NCBI GenBank assembly: GCA_022865355.1
Contig: JALHST010000222.1
Location: 12,443-76,442 of the forward strand
Direction: 5' to 3'
DNA: 64,000 nt
Source of the DNA: Maribacter sp.
GTDB taxonomy: Bacteria > Bacteroidota > Bacteroidia > Flavobacteriales > Flavobacteriaceae
Shown here piece by piece: positions 27,144 to 37,544 of the stretch. The notes under the pieces are model-generated. The model was not told the origin of the DNA and made no database searches. It saw only the letters and a list, made by a program, of their open reading frames with translations. The translations under genes and the position numbers were made by a program. How positions within the stretch are numbered: position 1 is the first letter of the stretch; the number at the start of each line of letters is the position of its first letter.

Positions 27144-28238
27144 TTACCCCGCATTCAAGAGCTTTTCGATTTCATCGACAATATGTTTCGTGGCGTTGGG
27201 CATGGCCAATTTTTTAATGTTATTACCCAGTCTAACCTGATGCGTGCTGGATCGAAATACCCCTGAAAAAATGGTTTCAAACTCTGTATCCAATTGCTGT
27301 TCCTTAATCAATAAGGCTGCATCATGTGCAACCAGTGCCGCCGCATTTTTGGTCTGATGGTCTTCTGCGACGTTCGGCGATGGAATAAAAATTACGGGCT
27401 TGCCCACAATGCACAATTCGGAAACGGAGCCTGCTCCGGCCCTTGAGATAATAATATCGGCAATCGTATAGGCCAAGTCCATCCGGTTTAAAAAATCATA
27501 TACTTTAATCGTGTCTGAACTATACTTCTTATATTCCTCATAATACAGTTTGCCGCATTGCCAGATCACTTGTATGCCTAAAGATTTAAAAAAGTCGAGT
27601 TTTTGTTCTATCAGCTGGTTGATGCGCCTAGCGCCAAGGCTTCCTCCCAATATCAATAAGGTGGCCTTGTTAACGTCTAATTCAAAAAAATTCAACGCAG
27701 CCTCTTTGTCTTTTCCCAAAACCACCAAATCCTCGCGCACAGGATTCCCGGTTTTAACAATTTTTTCTGCGGGAAAGAACTTTTCCATCCCATCATAGGC
27801 AACACATATCTTCGCCACCCTATTCTTAAGCAGTTTGTTTGTAATGCCCGCAAACGAATTCTGTTCCTGCAGCACACAAGGTATACCGCGCCCCGAGGCC
27901 ACCCTTAATAAGGGTCCACTAGCGAAGCCCCCGGTACCGATGACTACATGTGGCCTAAACCTTGAAACTATTTTACCCGATTTGATCAAACTACATATTA
28001 CTTTAAATGGAAACATCAAATTTTTGAGGGTCAGTTTCCGTTGCAACCCCGTAATCGGTAAGCCTTCTATTTTATACCCGGCCTGAGGTACTTTTTCCAT
28101 CTCCATACGATCTTTTGCGCCTACAAATAAGAATTCGGCATTGGTATGTCTTCTTTTCAGCTCGTTGGCAACGGCTATGGCGGGATAAATATGGCCGCCA
28201 GTGCCACCCCCGGACAGTATGAACCTATAGTTGCCCAC
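27144..28238 (-). CDS. murG: Undecaprenyldiphospho-muramoylpentapeptide beta-N-acetylglucosaminyltransferase
   Basis: 364 aa. Contains [18 protein letters not shown] and a C-terminal ...[10 protein letters not shown]... Confidence 0.96.
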   Translation of the reverse strand: MGNYRFILSGGGTGGHIYPAIAVANELKRRHTNAEFLFVGAKDRMEMEKVPQAGYKIEGLPITGLQRKLTLKNLMFPFKVICSLIKSGKIVSRFRPHVVIGTGGFASGPLLRVASGRGIPCVLQEQNSFAGITNKLLKNRVAKICVAYDGMEKFFPAEKIVKTGNPVREDLVVLGKDKEAALNFFELDVNKATLLILGGSLGARRINQLIEQKLDFFKSLGIQVIWQCGKLYYEEYKKYSSDTIKVYDFLNRMDLAYTIADIIISRAGAGSVSELCIVGKPVIFIPSPNVAEDHQTKNAAALVAHDAALLIKEQQLDTEFETIFSGVFRSSTHQVRLGNNIKKLAMPNATKHIVDEIEKLLNAG

Positions 28239-29424
28239 TGAGAACCTCTAAGGGATTCGTACTGTCAGCGTCGATGGTCTCCTTTTCGAAAACCACGGCT
28301 TTATTACTAACGCTCAAAATAATACCAATGGCCAAGCACGTCATCCAACCCGATGTGCCCCCGCTACTGATCAAGGGCAATGTTTGTCCGGTTACCGGAA
28401 AAAGCTCTACGGCCACGGCCATATTGATCAATGCTTGAAATATGATGGGCAACCCTACACCAAGCGCCAATAATTTCCCAAAAACCGTAGCACTACCATT
28501 AGCTATTACTACTATCCGGAATAATAAAAACAAGTAAAACAACATGAGCAAAAATCCGCCTACCAAGCCATATTCCTCTACGATAATGGCATAAATAAAA
28601 TCAGAGGAACTTTGGGGCAGAAAATTTTTCTGAATACTCTTACCGGCTCCCTTCCCCATGATTCCGCCAGTGGCAATGGCAATTTTTGCCTTTTCGATCT
28701 GATAATCAGCCTCGGTATCCGCAGGATTCCAGAAATTTTCAATTCTATTGATCCAAGTATCCACACGATTGGGAAACAAATCGGGGATGGCCTTGGCCGT
28801 CAGGATAAAAATGGTCAGGCATAATATTCCTGAAAGCACGATTCCCAAAAGATATTTCATGGGATATCCTCCCAGAAAGCAAAGCATCAAAACCATCGTA
28901 AAAATAATGGCAGCAGTAGAAAAATTGGCAGGCAGTATGAGGACGATTACCAAAAACACCGGTAACCAAAGGGGCAGGATACTTTCTTTGAAGTTGATCG
29001 TCCTATCCTTTATCTTGGTTAAATATCGCGCCACATAGATCATCAGGGCAACCGATGCCAAGTTGGAAGTCTGAAAAGTAATCCCGACAAATGGGATACG
29101 GATCCATCGGCTTGCATTCGATCCGTCTACCGTAGTACCTTGTGCCAAGGTAAAGGCCAACAGCACCAACACGATCGGCATGGCTATAAGCGATAGACCC
29201 TTAAAAAAATGGGCGGGGATGCGATGGACACCATAAATAATGCCGAATCCAAAAAACAAAAGCACGGCATGTTTTACCAAGTAGCCAAAGGGCGTACCGT
29301 AGCCAACTACATACACTAAATTACTACTTGCGCTGTAGACGGGTAAAAAAGAGAATAGGCCCAAAAGGGCTACCACGGCCCAAAGCGCTTTATCTCCTTT
29401 TAGATTTTTAAAAACTGCTAACAC
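28225..29424 (-). CDS. ftsW: FtsW/RodA/SpoVE-family peptidoglycan glycosyltransferase
   Basis: 399 aa polytopic membrane protein. Contains [18 protein letters not shown] and [10 protein letters not shown]. Located between murD and murG. Confidence 0.93.
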   Translation of the reverse strand: MLAVFKNLKGDKALWAVVALLGLFSFLPVYSASSNLVYVVGYGTPFGYLVKHAVLLFFGFGIIYGVHRIPAHFFKGLSLIAMPIVLVLLAFTLAQGTTVDGSNASRWIRIPFVGITFQTSNLASVALMIYVARYLTKIKDRTINFKESILPLWLPVFLVIVLILPANFSTAAIIFTMVLMLCFLGGYPMKYLLGIVLSGILCLTIFILTAKAIPDLFPNRVDTWINRIENFWNPADTEADYQIEKAKIAIATGGIMGKGAGKSIQKNFLPQSSSDFIYAIIVEEYGLVGGFLLMLFYLFLLFRIVVIANGSATVFGKLLALGVGLPIIFQALINMAVAVELFPVTGQTLPLISSGGTSGWMTCLAIGIILSVSNKAVVFEKETIDADSTNPLEVLSGQL

Positions 29425-29425
29425 C

Positions 29426-30760
29426 TTATAAATTTTTTATGGCTTCCTTAAATTGATTACCTCTATCCTCATAATTCTCGAAAAGGTCAAAACTGGCACA
29501 AGCCGGTGATAATAAAACCGTATCCCCGCGTTCGGCTATCTTGTATGCCACCTTTACCGCCTCTTCCATGGCAAAGGTCTCGACCAACAGATCCACGACA
29601 TTGCCAAAAAATTCCTTTATTTTCGAATTGTCAAGTCCCAAACAGATAATCGCCTTTACCTTTTCCCGAACCAATGGCATGAGTTCCCGATAGTCATTGC
29701 CCTTGTCTACACCACCGACAATCCATACAATTGGCGTTTTTACACTATCCAGGGCATAATACACCGAGTTGACATTCGTTGCCTTTGAATCATTTATATA
29801 CTGGACATGTTGAATCTTCAAAACCTTTTCGAGACGGTGCGGTGCCCCTTGAAAGTTTTCGATGCTCTGGCGGATCATCTCCTTGCGGATGCCCACTAAT
29901 TTTGCTGCGGTGGCAGCCGCCATCGTATTCTTGAGATTGTGTTTTCCTTCAAGTGCTAAATTGTCAGTGGTCATTGTTATCGTGTTGTTATCTGTTGTTA
30001 TATGTATTTCCGTATTCTTTAGACTGGCCCCTTCCTTCAATTCCTTTAGAATGGAAAAGGGCACTAATTTCGATTTGACGGGATGCTTCTTCAACCAGTT
30101 TGAAATGACCTCATCATCTGCATCGTAAATGAGATAGTCATCCTGGGTCTGATTTTTTGCAATCCGAAATTTGGAGGCGATATAGTTTTCAAACTGGTAA
30201 CCATACCTATCCAAATGATCGGGGGTTATGTTAGTCAAAATGGCAATATGCGGTTTAAATCGGCTTATGCCATCGAGCTGAAAACTGCTAATTTCCAAGA
30301 CATAATACGCATAGTCGTTTTCGGCCACCATCTTAGCAAAACTGTCCCCAATATTTCCAGCGATTCCCACGTGTATACCACCTTCCTTTAAAATATGGCC
30401 CATGAGCATCGTGGTGGTAGTCTTCCCATTACTTCCCGTGATCCCGATAAGGGTAGCATCGGTATATAGCGAGGCAAACTCTATTTCAGATACTACCGGT
30501 ATTCCTTTCGCCTGTAATTGTACCACCATCGGAACGGTATCAGGTATACCCGGACTTTTCATTACCACATCCGCTTCTAAAATAGTTGCCTCGGTATGCT
30601 TTTCCTCCTCCCAATCAATTCCAAAATTTTCAAGAACGTTTTTATATTTCTGTTGTATTTTTCCTATATCAGACACAAACACCTTGAACCCCTTCCTCTT
30701 TCCCAGAATGGCCGTTCCCACTCCGCTTTCCCCAGCGCCTAAGATTACCAATCGCTTCAT
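29426..30760 (-). CDS. murD: UDP-N-acetylmuramoylalanine--D-glutamate ligase
   Basis: 444 aa. Motifs: ILGAGESGVG, GITGSNGKTTTT, TPDHLDRY. Confidence 0.96.
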   Translation of the reverse strand: MKRLVILGAGESGVGTAILGKRKGFKVFVSDIGKIQQKYKNVLENFGIDWEEEKHTEATILEADVVMKSPGIPDTVPMVVQLQAKGIPVVSEIEFASLYTDATLIGITGSNGKTTTTMLMGHILKEGGIHVGIAGNIGDSFAKMVAENDYAYYVLEISSFQLDGISRFKPHIAILTNITPDHLDRYGYQFENYIASKFRIAKNQTQDDYLIYDADDEVISNWLKKHPVKSKLVPFSILKELKEGASLKNTEIHITTDNNTITMTTDNLALEGKHNLKNTMAAATAAKLVGIRKEMIRQSIENFQGAPHRLEKVLKIQHVQYINDSKATNVNSVYYALDSVKTPIVWIVGGVDKGNDYRELMPLVREKVKAIICLGLDNSKIKEFFGNVVDLLVETFAMEEAVKVAYKIAERGDTVLLSPACASFDLFENYEDRGNQFKEAIKNL

Positions 30761-30761
30761 C

Positions 30762-31982
30762 CTAACGGACTTTTAAGGTCACGATGGTAACAATAGCCAA
30801 TAAGATCCCAATGATCCAGAATCTGGTCACTATCTTACTTTCGTGATACCCCTTTTTTTGATAATGGTGATGTAAGGGTGCCATCAAAAAAATACGTTTT
30901 CCCTCTCCCAGCCTCCTTTTGGTATATTTAAAATACCCTACTTGGATCATGACTGAAAGCGACTCGGCAAAGAAGATCCCACAAAGAACCGGAATCAATA
31001 ACTCCTTTCGAATGATCAAAGCAATCACTGCTATGACGCCCCCAATGGTTAAGCTGCCCGTGTCGCCCATAAATACTTGTGCCGGATAGGCATTGTACCA
31101 TAAGAACCCAATCAGGGCCCCGACAAATGCCGTTACAAAAATTACGAGCTCCCCAGCCCTAGGTATGAACATGATATCTAGATAATTGGAAAAAATAATA
31201 TTGCCCGAAACCCAAGTAAAAATACCCAAGGTAAAAACGATGATGGCCGAAGAACCCGCGGCAAGGCCATCTAAGCCGTCGGTTAGGTTGGCACCATTGG
31301 AAACTGCCGTAACGATAAGTATGACAATGGGAATAAAGATCAACCAGGCATACTTCTTGGCGCTTTCTCCTGCCCATCCGATCAGACTGCTATAGTCAAG
31401 CTCATTGTTTTTTAGTAAGGGTACCGTGGTCATCGTAGATTTTATTTCCTGGCCTTTCACCTCTTCTACCGTATATTGTTCAGTAATCCTTGTGCTATCA
31501 TCCTCCCTGATGGTAACCTCGGGATGAAAATACAAGGTGGATCCTACAATGATCCCCAGACCTACTTGACCTAGAATCTTAAACCGACCTTTAAGGCCTT
31601 TTTTATTGTTCTTGAAGATCTTGATATAGTCATCGATGAACCCGATGATTCCCATCCAGACCGTCGTGACAATAAGAAGGATCACATAAATGTTGTCGAG
31701 TCTGGCAAATAACAGCACGGGGATCAAGGTCGACATGATGATGATCAATCCTCCCATGGTAGGGGTTCCCACCTTCTGTTCTTGGCCTTCCAATCCCAAA
31801 TCGCGAATGGTTTCCCCGATTTGCTTGCGCTGCAGAAACAATATGACCCGCTTGCCGTATGTTGTGGCGATTACCAAGGAAAACAATACGGCCATTGCGG
31901 CCCTAAAAGTGAGAAACTGAAACAGGCCTGCTCCTGGAACTTGGTATTGTTTTTCTAAATAATCAAAGAGGTAATACAGCAT
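30762..31982 (-). CDS. mraY: Phospho-N-acetylmuramoyl-pentapeptide transferase
   Basis: 406 aa membrane protein. Motifs: [33 protein letters not shown]. Confidence 0.96.
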   Translation of the reverse strand: MLYYLFDYLEKQYQVPGAGLFQFLTFRAAMAVLFSLVIATTYGKRVILFLQRKQIGETIRDLGLEGQEQKVGTPTMGGLIIIMSTLIPVLLFARLDNIYVILLIVTTVWMGIIGFIDDYIKIFKNNKKGLKGRFKILGQVGLGIIVGSTLYFHPEVTIREDDSTRITEQYTVEEVKGQEIKSTMTTVPLLKNNELDYSSLIGWAGESAKKYAWLIFIPIVILIVTAVSNGANLTDGLDGLAAGSSAIIVFTLGIFTWVSGNIIFSNYLDIMFIPRAGELVIFVTAFVGALIGFLWYNAYPAQVFMGDTGSLTIGGVIAVIALIIRKELLIPVLCGIFFAESLSVMIQVGYFKYTKRRLGEGKRIFLMAPLHHHYQKKGYHESKIVTRFWIIGILLAIVTIVTLKVR

Positions 31983-32017
31983 TCTTGGGGTTTATGGTTA
32001 CTAGTTACTGGTTTATT

Positions 32018-32073
32018 GTCTTTTGTCTTTTGTCTTTTGTCTTTTCTCTTTTATCTATTATCTTCTGTCTTTT
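32018..32073. repeat. Heptamer microsatellite (GTCTTTT)n in the murE-mraY intergenic spacer
   Basis: Four perfect GTCTTTT units span 32018-32045. They are followed by degenerate units (CTCTTTT at 32046-32052 and GTCTTTT at 32067-32073). An adjacent GTTACTA/GTTACTG doublet lies at about 31996-32010. Confidence 0.9.
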
Positions 32074-32124
32074 GTTTACTGTTGACCATTCACTGCTAAT
32101 TGTCTTTCCTTTTTCCTCCTTTGC

Positions 32125-33588
32125 TTATTTATTCAAACTTTTCAGCAGATCCTTTACAATTTCAAAATCATCAAAATCAATGCGCTTCCCCTGGCTTTCC
32201 TGATAGGTTTCATGGCCTTTCCCGGCCACCAAAATGATATCATTGGCAGCTGCCATTTGGCATGCCGTCTTTATGGCCTGTTTGCGATTTTCTATGGATA
32301 ATACTTTTTTTTCGTTTTGCGGTTCTACCCCTGATTCCATTTCCGATATAATGGTGTTTGGATTTTCGGTACGGGGATTATCAGAAGTGAAAATCGCCTT
32401 GCTGCTCAACTCTGAAGCGATATGACCCATAACCGGACGCTTTGACCTGTCTCTATCGCCACCACACCCCACAACGGTGATGACGTTTTCATTTCCAGTT
32501 CTCAATGTGTTGATAGTGTCAAGCACATTCTTAAGTGCATCCGGTGTATGGGCATAATCGACAATCGCTTTAATTTTCTCTTTCGATATATAGTATTGGA
32601 ATCTGCCATCCACATTTTCCAGTTCGCTTAATAGCCTTAGGATTTCCAAAGTCTCAAGGCCCAATAGATCGGCGGTAGCATAAATCGCCAAAATATTGTA
32701 GGCATTGAAATTGCCTATTAACTTGGCCCAAAGTTCATGGTCCCCGATTTTCAACAATTGTCCATCAAATTGACTTTCTAATATCTGTGCCCGATAATCG
32801 GCATAGGTTCGCAAGGCGTAGGTATATTTTCGTGCTTTCGTGTTTTGCAACATTACCAAACCATTCTTGTCGTCAATATTGGTAAGGGCAAATGCTTTTT
32901 TAGAAAGGTTGTCGAAGAGGGTTTTCTTGGTATCGCGATATTCGGCAAAGGTTTTGTGATAATCTAGATGGTCATGGGTAATGTTGGTAAAGACGGCGCC
33001 TGCGAATACGAGTCCTTCGGATCTTTTTTGATGTATGCCATGGGAGCTTACTTCCATAAAACAAAATTCGACCCCAGCTTTGTTCATAAAGCTTAAATGC
33101 CGGTTAATGGTCAGGGCATCAGGCGTAGTATGGCTTGTCGGGTACTCCTCGTCGTCGACCATAATCTTAATGGTCGAAATAAGTCCTACTTTGTAGCCGG
33201 CTTTCTTAAATAATTGATACAAGAGGGTGCTAACGGTAGTTTTCCCATTCGTGCCGGTAATACCGACCAACTTTAAATTTTTCGAGGGGTTATCATAGAA
33301 GTTCGAGGCCATAACGGCCAAGGCTGAATTTCCGTTATCGACTTCGGCATAGGTAACACCGTTGACCATTTGCGCAGGAAGCTTTTCGCAAATGATGGCC
33401 TTGGCACCTTGATTGATGGCGCTTTCTATAAATTTATGCCCATCGGCCAAGATTCCCTTGATCGCGACAAAGACATCATCCATTCCCACTGTACGGGAAT
33501 CGAAGCAAACGGCATTGACCATTATATTGGTAGATCCGCTTATAGCGGAAAGACCAACACCATATAATATGTCCTTTAATAACTTCAT
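32125..33588 (-). CDS. murE: UDP-N-acetylmuramoyl-L-alanyl-D-glutamate--2,6-diaminopimelate ligase
   Basis: 487 aa. Motifs: GITGTNGKTT, TNITHDHLDYH, GGDRDRSKRP, TSDNPRTE. Confidence 0.95.
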   Translation of the reverse strand: MKLLKDILYGVGLSAISGSTNIMVNAVCFDSRTVGMDDVFVAIKGILADGHKFIESAINQGAKAIICEKLPAQMVNGVTYAEVDNGNSALAVMASNFYDNPSKNLKLVGITGTNGKTTVSTLLYQLFKKAGYKVGLISTIKIMVDDEEYPTSHTTPDALTINRHLSFMNKAGVEFCFMEVSSHGIHQKRSEGLVFAGAVFTNITHDHLDYHKTFAEYRDTKKTLFDNLSKKAFALTNIDDKNGLVMLQNTKARKYTYALRTYADYRAQILESQFDGQLLKIGDHELWAKLIGNFNAYNILAIYATADLLGLETLEILRLLSELENVDGRFQYYISKEKIKAIVDYAHTPDALKNVLDTINTLRTGNENVITVVGCGGDRDRSKRPVMGHIASELSSKAIFTSDNPRTENPNTIISEMESGVEPQNEKKVLSIENRKQAIKTACQMAAANDIILVAGKGHETYQESQGKRIDFDDFEIVKDLLKSLNK

Positions 33589-35591
33589 GAAAGTTCCAAA
33601 ACTATTTTATCTACTTTTTTCAAATCGGTTCCTTGGGAAACCGACTGTTTTTTTACTCTGCCATTTCCCTTTACTTCAACCTCTAATCCCAGGTTTTCCA
33701 AAATTGAAATGGCATCCATACCGCTCATCCCCTGTACATTGGGAACCTTATTATATTTTTTTTGTGCTTCGGCATAATATTTTTGATAGGAATCCTCTAA
33801 TTCAGGGGCGTCGACAATCTGCATTTCAACCTCATCGATCAATGGGTTGTTGGCATACACCTTTTGTGCGATCGATTTGAAAACAGGACCTGAGACATCG
33901 GCTCCGTAGTAACCTACACTGCGATCGGGTTCATGAATGACTACGATACAGGAATATTTTGGATGTTCCGCTGGAAAATACCCTGCAAAGGTGGAAATGT
34001 ATTTAAGTTTGTCTGGGTCCTTGGCCACGTAGTTCTTTTGGGTCGTACCTGTCTTTCCGGCCATTGAAAAATTCGGGGAATACAAACGGTGTCCGGTGCC
34101 ATATTTCGATTCGATCACATTCTTCAAAAGTTGTTTTACCATGACCACGGTCTCCTTAGAGCAGATGGAAGGGTTGATGACTTCCTTTTCAAATTTCTGA
34201 ATGCTGCGGTTCCACTCCTTGACCTCTTTTATCAGTCTCGGTTTGACCATTTCGCCGTCGTTGGCAATGGCATTATAAAAGGTAAGTGTTTGTAAAGGGG
34301 TCAAGGAAACCTCATATCCATAGGACATCCATGCCAAGGAGATACCCGACCAACCTTTGTCGCCAGGATATCGCAAAACCGGTGTTCCTTCGCCTTTTAC
34401 GGGTAGTCCCAGCTCTTTATTAAGACCAAAACTCATAAGGCGGTCCACATATTTTTCAGGATGGTCCTTATAATTATTATAAATCATTTTGGCAAAGGCC
34501 GTATTCGAAGAAACCTCAAAAGCCTTGGCTACCGATATTTTTCCATAACCCCCGTTTTTCGAATCCTTTACGATACGATCGTAAATTTTCCATCTTCCAT
34601 TTTCAGTATCGATGATGGTAGCCGTATCGATTACCTTATCTTCCAAGGCGGCCACCAAGCTCATCAGTTTAAAGGTTGAACCCGGTTCGTGCGATTCGCC
34701 TATGGCGTAATTCAAGCGCTCGTAGTATTTGCCTTCCGAAGTCATCCCTAGATTTGATATGGCCTTGATTTCGCCGGTCTCGGTCTCCATGACGATGACG
34801 CACCCATGGTCGGCCTTGTATTTTTCCAATTGTCCCAAGAGGGCATGATGGGCGATATCCTGAATATTGATATCGATGGTCGAGATAACGTCATAGCCAT
34901 CTTTTGGCTCTACAATATTATCTAGGCCTATGGGCTTCCATTGTCCCATGGCAATTTTTTGTTTTAACCTTTTGCCTTCCGTACCCCGCAAATAATCCCC
35001 AAAGGCACCTTCCAACCCAACACGCGTAATATGGCCTTCCTCATCGATACGCTCATAACCAACGCTACGTTCGGCTATTTTGCCCAAAGGATGTTCCCGA
35101 ACGGTTTTTTGTTCAACAATCAATCCCCCTTTATAAGGACCCTTCTTGAGCAAGGGAAATTCTTTTACGGCTAAATAATCGGAATAATCAAGATTACGGG
35201 CCAAAAGGGCAAAGCGGTTCTTGTTTACCTTAGCTTTTCGCAATACTTGTTGATAGTGTGAGGAGGTATTCCCCAAGAGTCTTGCCAGTGCATCGGATAG
35301 TGGTTTTACGTTTTCGGCAAAATCTTTCTCGTTGACGGTTTCGGCATCAAAACGTATGGTGTATTTGGAAACCGAAGTAGCCAGCAAACTACCATCATCG
35401 GAATACAGATCCCCACGGTTCGGGGCAATGGTAAACATCTTCTCGGTGCGCTTCAAGGCCAGGGCGCGATACTTGTCACCATCTACGACCTGAATATTTA
35501 CCAACTTAAAGAGCACGGTACTTGCGAACAGAAAAAGAAAGGCTGCGGTAAAGTATAAACGGGTCAATATTTTTTTATCGGTGACGGCCAT
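33585..35591 (-). CDS. ftsI: Penicillin-binding protein (FtsI/PBP3-type transpeptidase)
   Basis: 668 aa. N-terminal TM anchor, SxxK (GSTFKLM), SSN (EVSSNTA), KTGT (GKTGTT), and a C-terminal PASTA-like domain. Confidence 0.93.
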   Translation of the reverse strand: MAVTDKKILTRLYFTAAFLFLFASTVLFKLVNIQVVDGDKYRALALKRTEKMFTIAPNRGDLYSDDGSLLATSVSKYTIRFDAETVNEKDFAENVKPLSDALARLLGNTSSHYQQVLRKAKVNKNRFALLARNLDYSDYLAVKEFPLLKKGPYKGGLIVEQKTVREHPLGKIAERSVGYERIDEEGHITRVGLEGAFGDYLRGTEGKRLKQKIAMGQWKPIGLDNIVEPKDGYDVISTIDINIQDIAHHALLGQLEKYKADHGCVIVMETETGEIKAISNLGMTSEGKYYERLNYAIGESHEPGSTFKLMSLVAALEDKVIDTATIIDTENGRWKIYDRIVKDSKNGGYGKISVAKAFEVSSNTAFAKMIYNNYKDHPEKYVDRLMSFGLNKELGLPVKGEGTPVLRYPGDKGWSGISLAWMSYGYEVSLTPLQTLTFYNAIANDGEMVKPRLIKEVKEWNRSIQKFEKEVINPSICSKETVVMVKQLLKNVIESKYGTGHRLYSPNFSMAGKTGTTQKNYVAKDPDKLKYISTFAGYFPAEHPKYSCIVVIHEPDRSVGYYGADVSGPVFKSIAQKVYANNPLIDEVEMQIVDAPELEDSYQKYYAEAQKKYNKVPNVQGMSGMDAISILENLGLEVEVKGNGRVKKQSVSQGTDLKKVDKIVLELS

Positions 35592-35911
35592 TATTCTTTG
35601 ATTGATTTAACCCTTATTTTTTTTGGTGGCGTTTCAGAAGGCTGCAAGCCTTTTTCTTCTAAGATCTGTGATATGGTAGATTCGAGTTTTAATTTTTGAA
35701 TGGCTTTATGAATATCAACGAACTCACTGCGCAATTCTTTGACCTCCTCGTTCAACGAGGCTATCTGATGTACTTTTTTATCCGCACTATGTGAGCTGCC
35801 GATCATGACCGTGGCCAAAAAAGATGCAAAAATGATGAACAGCCAATTTTTTGGGGCATCGCCGCTCACCAAAAACTTACCTTTTAAAATGTCCAATAAT
35901 CCTTTTTTCAT
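35591..35911 (-). CDS. ftsL: FtsL-like small bitopic cell-division protein
   Basis: 106 aa. One TM segment (WLFIIFASFLATVMIG) followed by a coiled-coil segment. Canonical position between rsmH and ftsI. Confidence 0.75.
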   Translation of the reverse strand: MKKGLLDILKGKFLVSGDAPKNWLFIIFASFLATVMIGSSHSADKKVHQIASLNEEVKELRSEFVDIHKAIQKLKLESTISQILEEKGLQPSETPPKKIRVKSIKE

Positions 35912-35923
35912 CGTATTGCTATT

Positions 35924-36817
35924 TCAAATTCTTTCCGCAATCCTGAGTTTGGCGCTGCGTGCCCTATTGTTTGATCGTATTTCCTCCTTCGATGGAATGA
36001 TAAGGCCCCCAACCTTTTTAAAGGGCACCGAACTATTTCCATAAAAATCCTTTTCCGGTTCTCCTTCGAACTGTCCGGCCCGAATAAACCGTTTCACCAA
36101 TCGGTCCTCCAAGGAGTGGTAGCTGATGATACTCAATCGCCCTCCTGGCTTCAGTAATTCGGGAGTTTGTTTTAAAAATTCCTTAATTACCTCGATCTCC
36201 TCATTTACTTCAATGCGAATTGCCTGATAAATCTGGGCCAGTATCTTATGCTCCTTCGATTTTGGCAAAAATTCCTGAAGCACCGACTTCAATTGTTGAG
36301 TTGTCTTTATGGGCACAACCTCGCGTTGTTTTATGATTTTAGCGGCTAAGGCATTCGCATTGCGCAAATCACCATATTCGTAAAAAACCTTCCCAAGTGC
36401 TTTCTGGTCATACCTATTGACCACTTCATAAGCCGAAACACTGCTCTTTTTACTCATCCTCATATCCAAATCCGCGTCAAAGCGTGTTGAAAATCCCCGT
36501 TCAGGGATATCAAATTGGTGGGAGGAAACGCCAAAATCAGCCAAGATCCCATCTACTTTCCGAATGCCATAGAACTTCAAAAACTGCTGTATGTATCTAA
36601 AATTTTCGTGAATAAGGGTAAAGCGTTCATCCAGAATCGTATTCTTAAGCGCGTCTTCATCCTGATCAAAGGCGAACAATTTCCCTTCACTCCCCAATCT
36701 TTGCAATATTTCACGTGAATGGCCTCCTCCACCAAAAGTCACGTCTACGTAAATTCCGCTTTCCTTAATACCAAGTCCGTCGACCGACTCCTTAAGTAAG
36801 ACCGCATTATGATACAT
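35924..36817 (-). CDS. rsmH: 16S rRNA (cytosine(1402)-N4)-methyltransferase
   Basis: Contains MYHNAVLLKESVDGL..., DVTFGGGGHS, DFGVSSHQ and SYHSLEDR. The ORF track allows an earlier ATG at 36838. Confidence 0.93.
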   Translation of the reverse strand: MYHNAVLLKESVDGLGIKESGIYVDVTFGGGGHSREILQRLGSEGKLFAFDQDEDALKNTILDERFTLIHENFRYIQQFLKFYGIRKVDGILADFGVSSHQFDIPERGFSTRFDADLDMRMSKKSSVSAYEVVNRYDQKALGKVFYEYGDLRNANALAAKIIKQREVVPIKTTQQLKSVLQEFLPKSKEHKILAQIYQAIRIEVNEEIEVIKEFLKQTPELLKPGGRLSIISYHSLEDRLVKRFIRAGQFEGEPEKDFYGNSSVPFKKVGGLIIPSKEEIRSNNRARSAKLRIAERI

Positions 36818-37280
36818 GATCCACGTCGTCTCCGTCATCGCCCATTACTTCTTCGGCCAAGGCCCCAAAATTCTCGGCGGTCTCCTCCAATACTTTTTCG
36901 TAGCTATCCTTATCCCAGATTTCAATGATATTGATGGCAGAACTCAAGACTACCTCCTTATCAATACCGGCTATGGATACTAAATTCTTGGGGATCAACA
37001 ACCTGCCCGTCGCATCAATCTCTACCACTTTAACACCTGCCGAGAAACGTCGTATAAAGTCATTGTTCTTTTTCTTGAAGCGGTTTTTCTTGTTCATTTT
37101 CTGCATCAACAGGTTCCATTCCTCCATAGGATAGAGTTCCAAACAAGGCTGAAATACCGATCTTTTGATTACAAAACCATTGTTTACAATGGGCGCCATC
37201 TGATTCTTTAGGGCAACCGGGAGCATTACCCTACCTTTGGTATCGGCCTTGCAGTCGTATGTTCCAATGAAATTGATCAC
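36807..37280 (-). CDS. mraZ: Transcriptional regulator MraZ
   Basis: 157 aa with a GTG start. Two SpoVT/AbrB-like repeats with DxxGR motifs (ADTKGRVMLP and DATGRLLIP). Confidence 0.93.
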   Translation of the reverse strand: MINFIGTYDCKADTKGRVMLPVALKNQMAPIVNNGFVIKRSVFQPCLELYPMEEWNLLMQKMNKKNRFKKKNNDFIRRFSAGVKVVEIDATGRLLIPKNLVSIAGIDKEVVLSSAINIIEIWDKDSYEKVLEETAENFGALAEEVMGDDGDDVDHVS

Positions 37281-37309
37281 GTAAATGGTTGGTATTTCTT
37301 ATAATAACT

Positions 37310-37317
37310 CAAATATA
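37310..37317 (-). promoter_or_regulatory. Candidate -7 promoter box (TATATTTG) of the mraZ/dcw operon
   Basis: The reverse complement of CAAATATA is a perfect TAnnTTTG match, 30 nt upstream of the mraZ GTG. Confidence 0.5.
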
Positions 37318-37326
37318 TAAATATTA

Positions 37327-37353
37327 TTACCACAATTTACCACAAATTACCAC
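37327..37353 (-). promoter_or_regulatory. Putative MraZ operator: three direct GTGGTAA repeats with exact 10-bp phasing
   Basis: The minus strand reads GTGGTAA-TTT-GTGGTAA-ATT-GTGGTAA (plus-strand TTACCAC at 37327, 37337 and 37347). It lies immediately upstream of the -7 box. Confidence 0.65.
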
Positions 37354-37489
37354 TTTGTTCATAAATTTTGCATTTAATGTGGCAAATACCCTCTCCCTAC
37401 ACAAATTCCTCAAGCTAAAAATCCAATGGACTGAATTCTTATTCAAGTTAAAGTTGCTATTTCGCGATTGAGAGAAACCGTAGGTATGG

Positions 37490-37518
37490 TTTGTATTTTA
37501 GGGAAATGCCTATATTTG
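37490..37518 (+). promoter_or_regulatory. Candidate promoter (-33 TTTG / -7 TATATTTG) for the alpha/beta hydrolase gene
   Basis: TTTG at 37490-37493, a 17-nt spacer, then TATATTTG at 37511-37518. The ATG is at 37545. Confidence 0.5.
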
Positions 37519-37544
37519 CCAACTATTGACCACAAGCGTCCTAA

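Noticed and set aside
31983-32124. Missing murF (and ddl) in the dcw cluster as a novelty. Also the AAGGAGG plus 12-codon mini-ORF (MVNSKQKTEDNR) in the murE-mraY spacer.
   Set aside because: - To my knowledge, absence of murF and ddl from the cluster is the normal Bacteroidota arrangement.
- Bacteroidota largely do not use Shine-Dalgarno initiation.
- The mini-ORF lies in low-complexity repeat sequence, so coding is unsupported.
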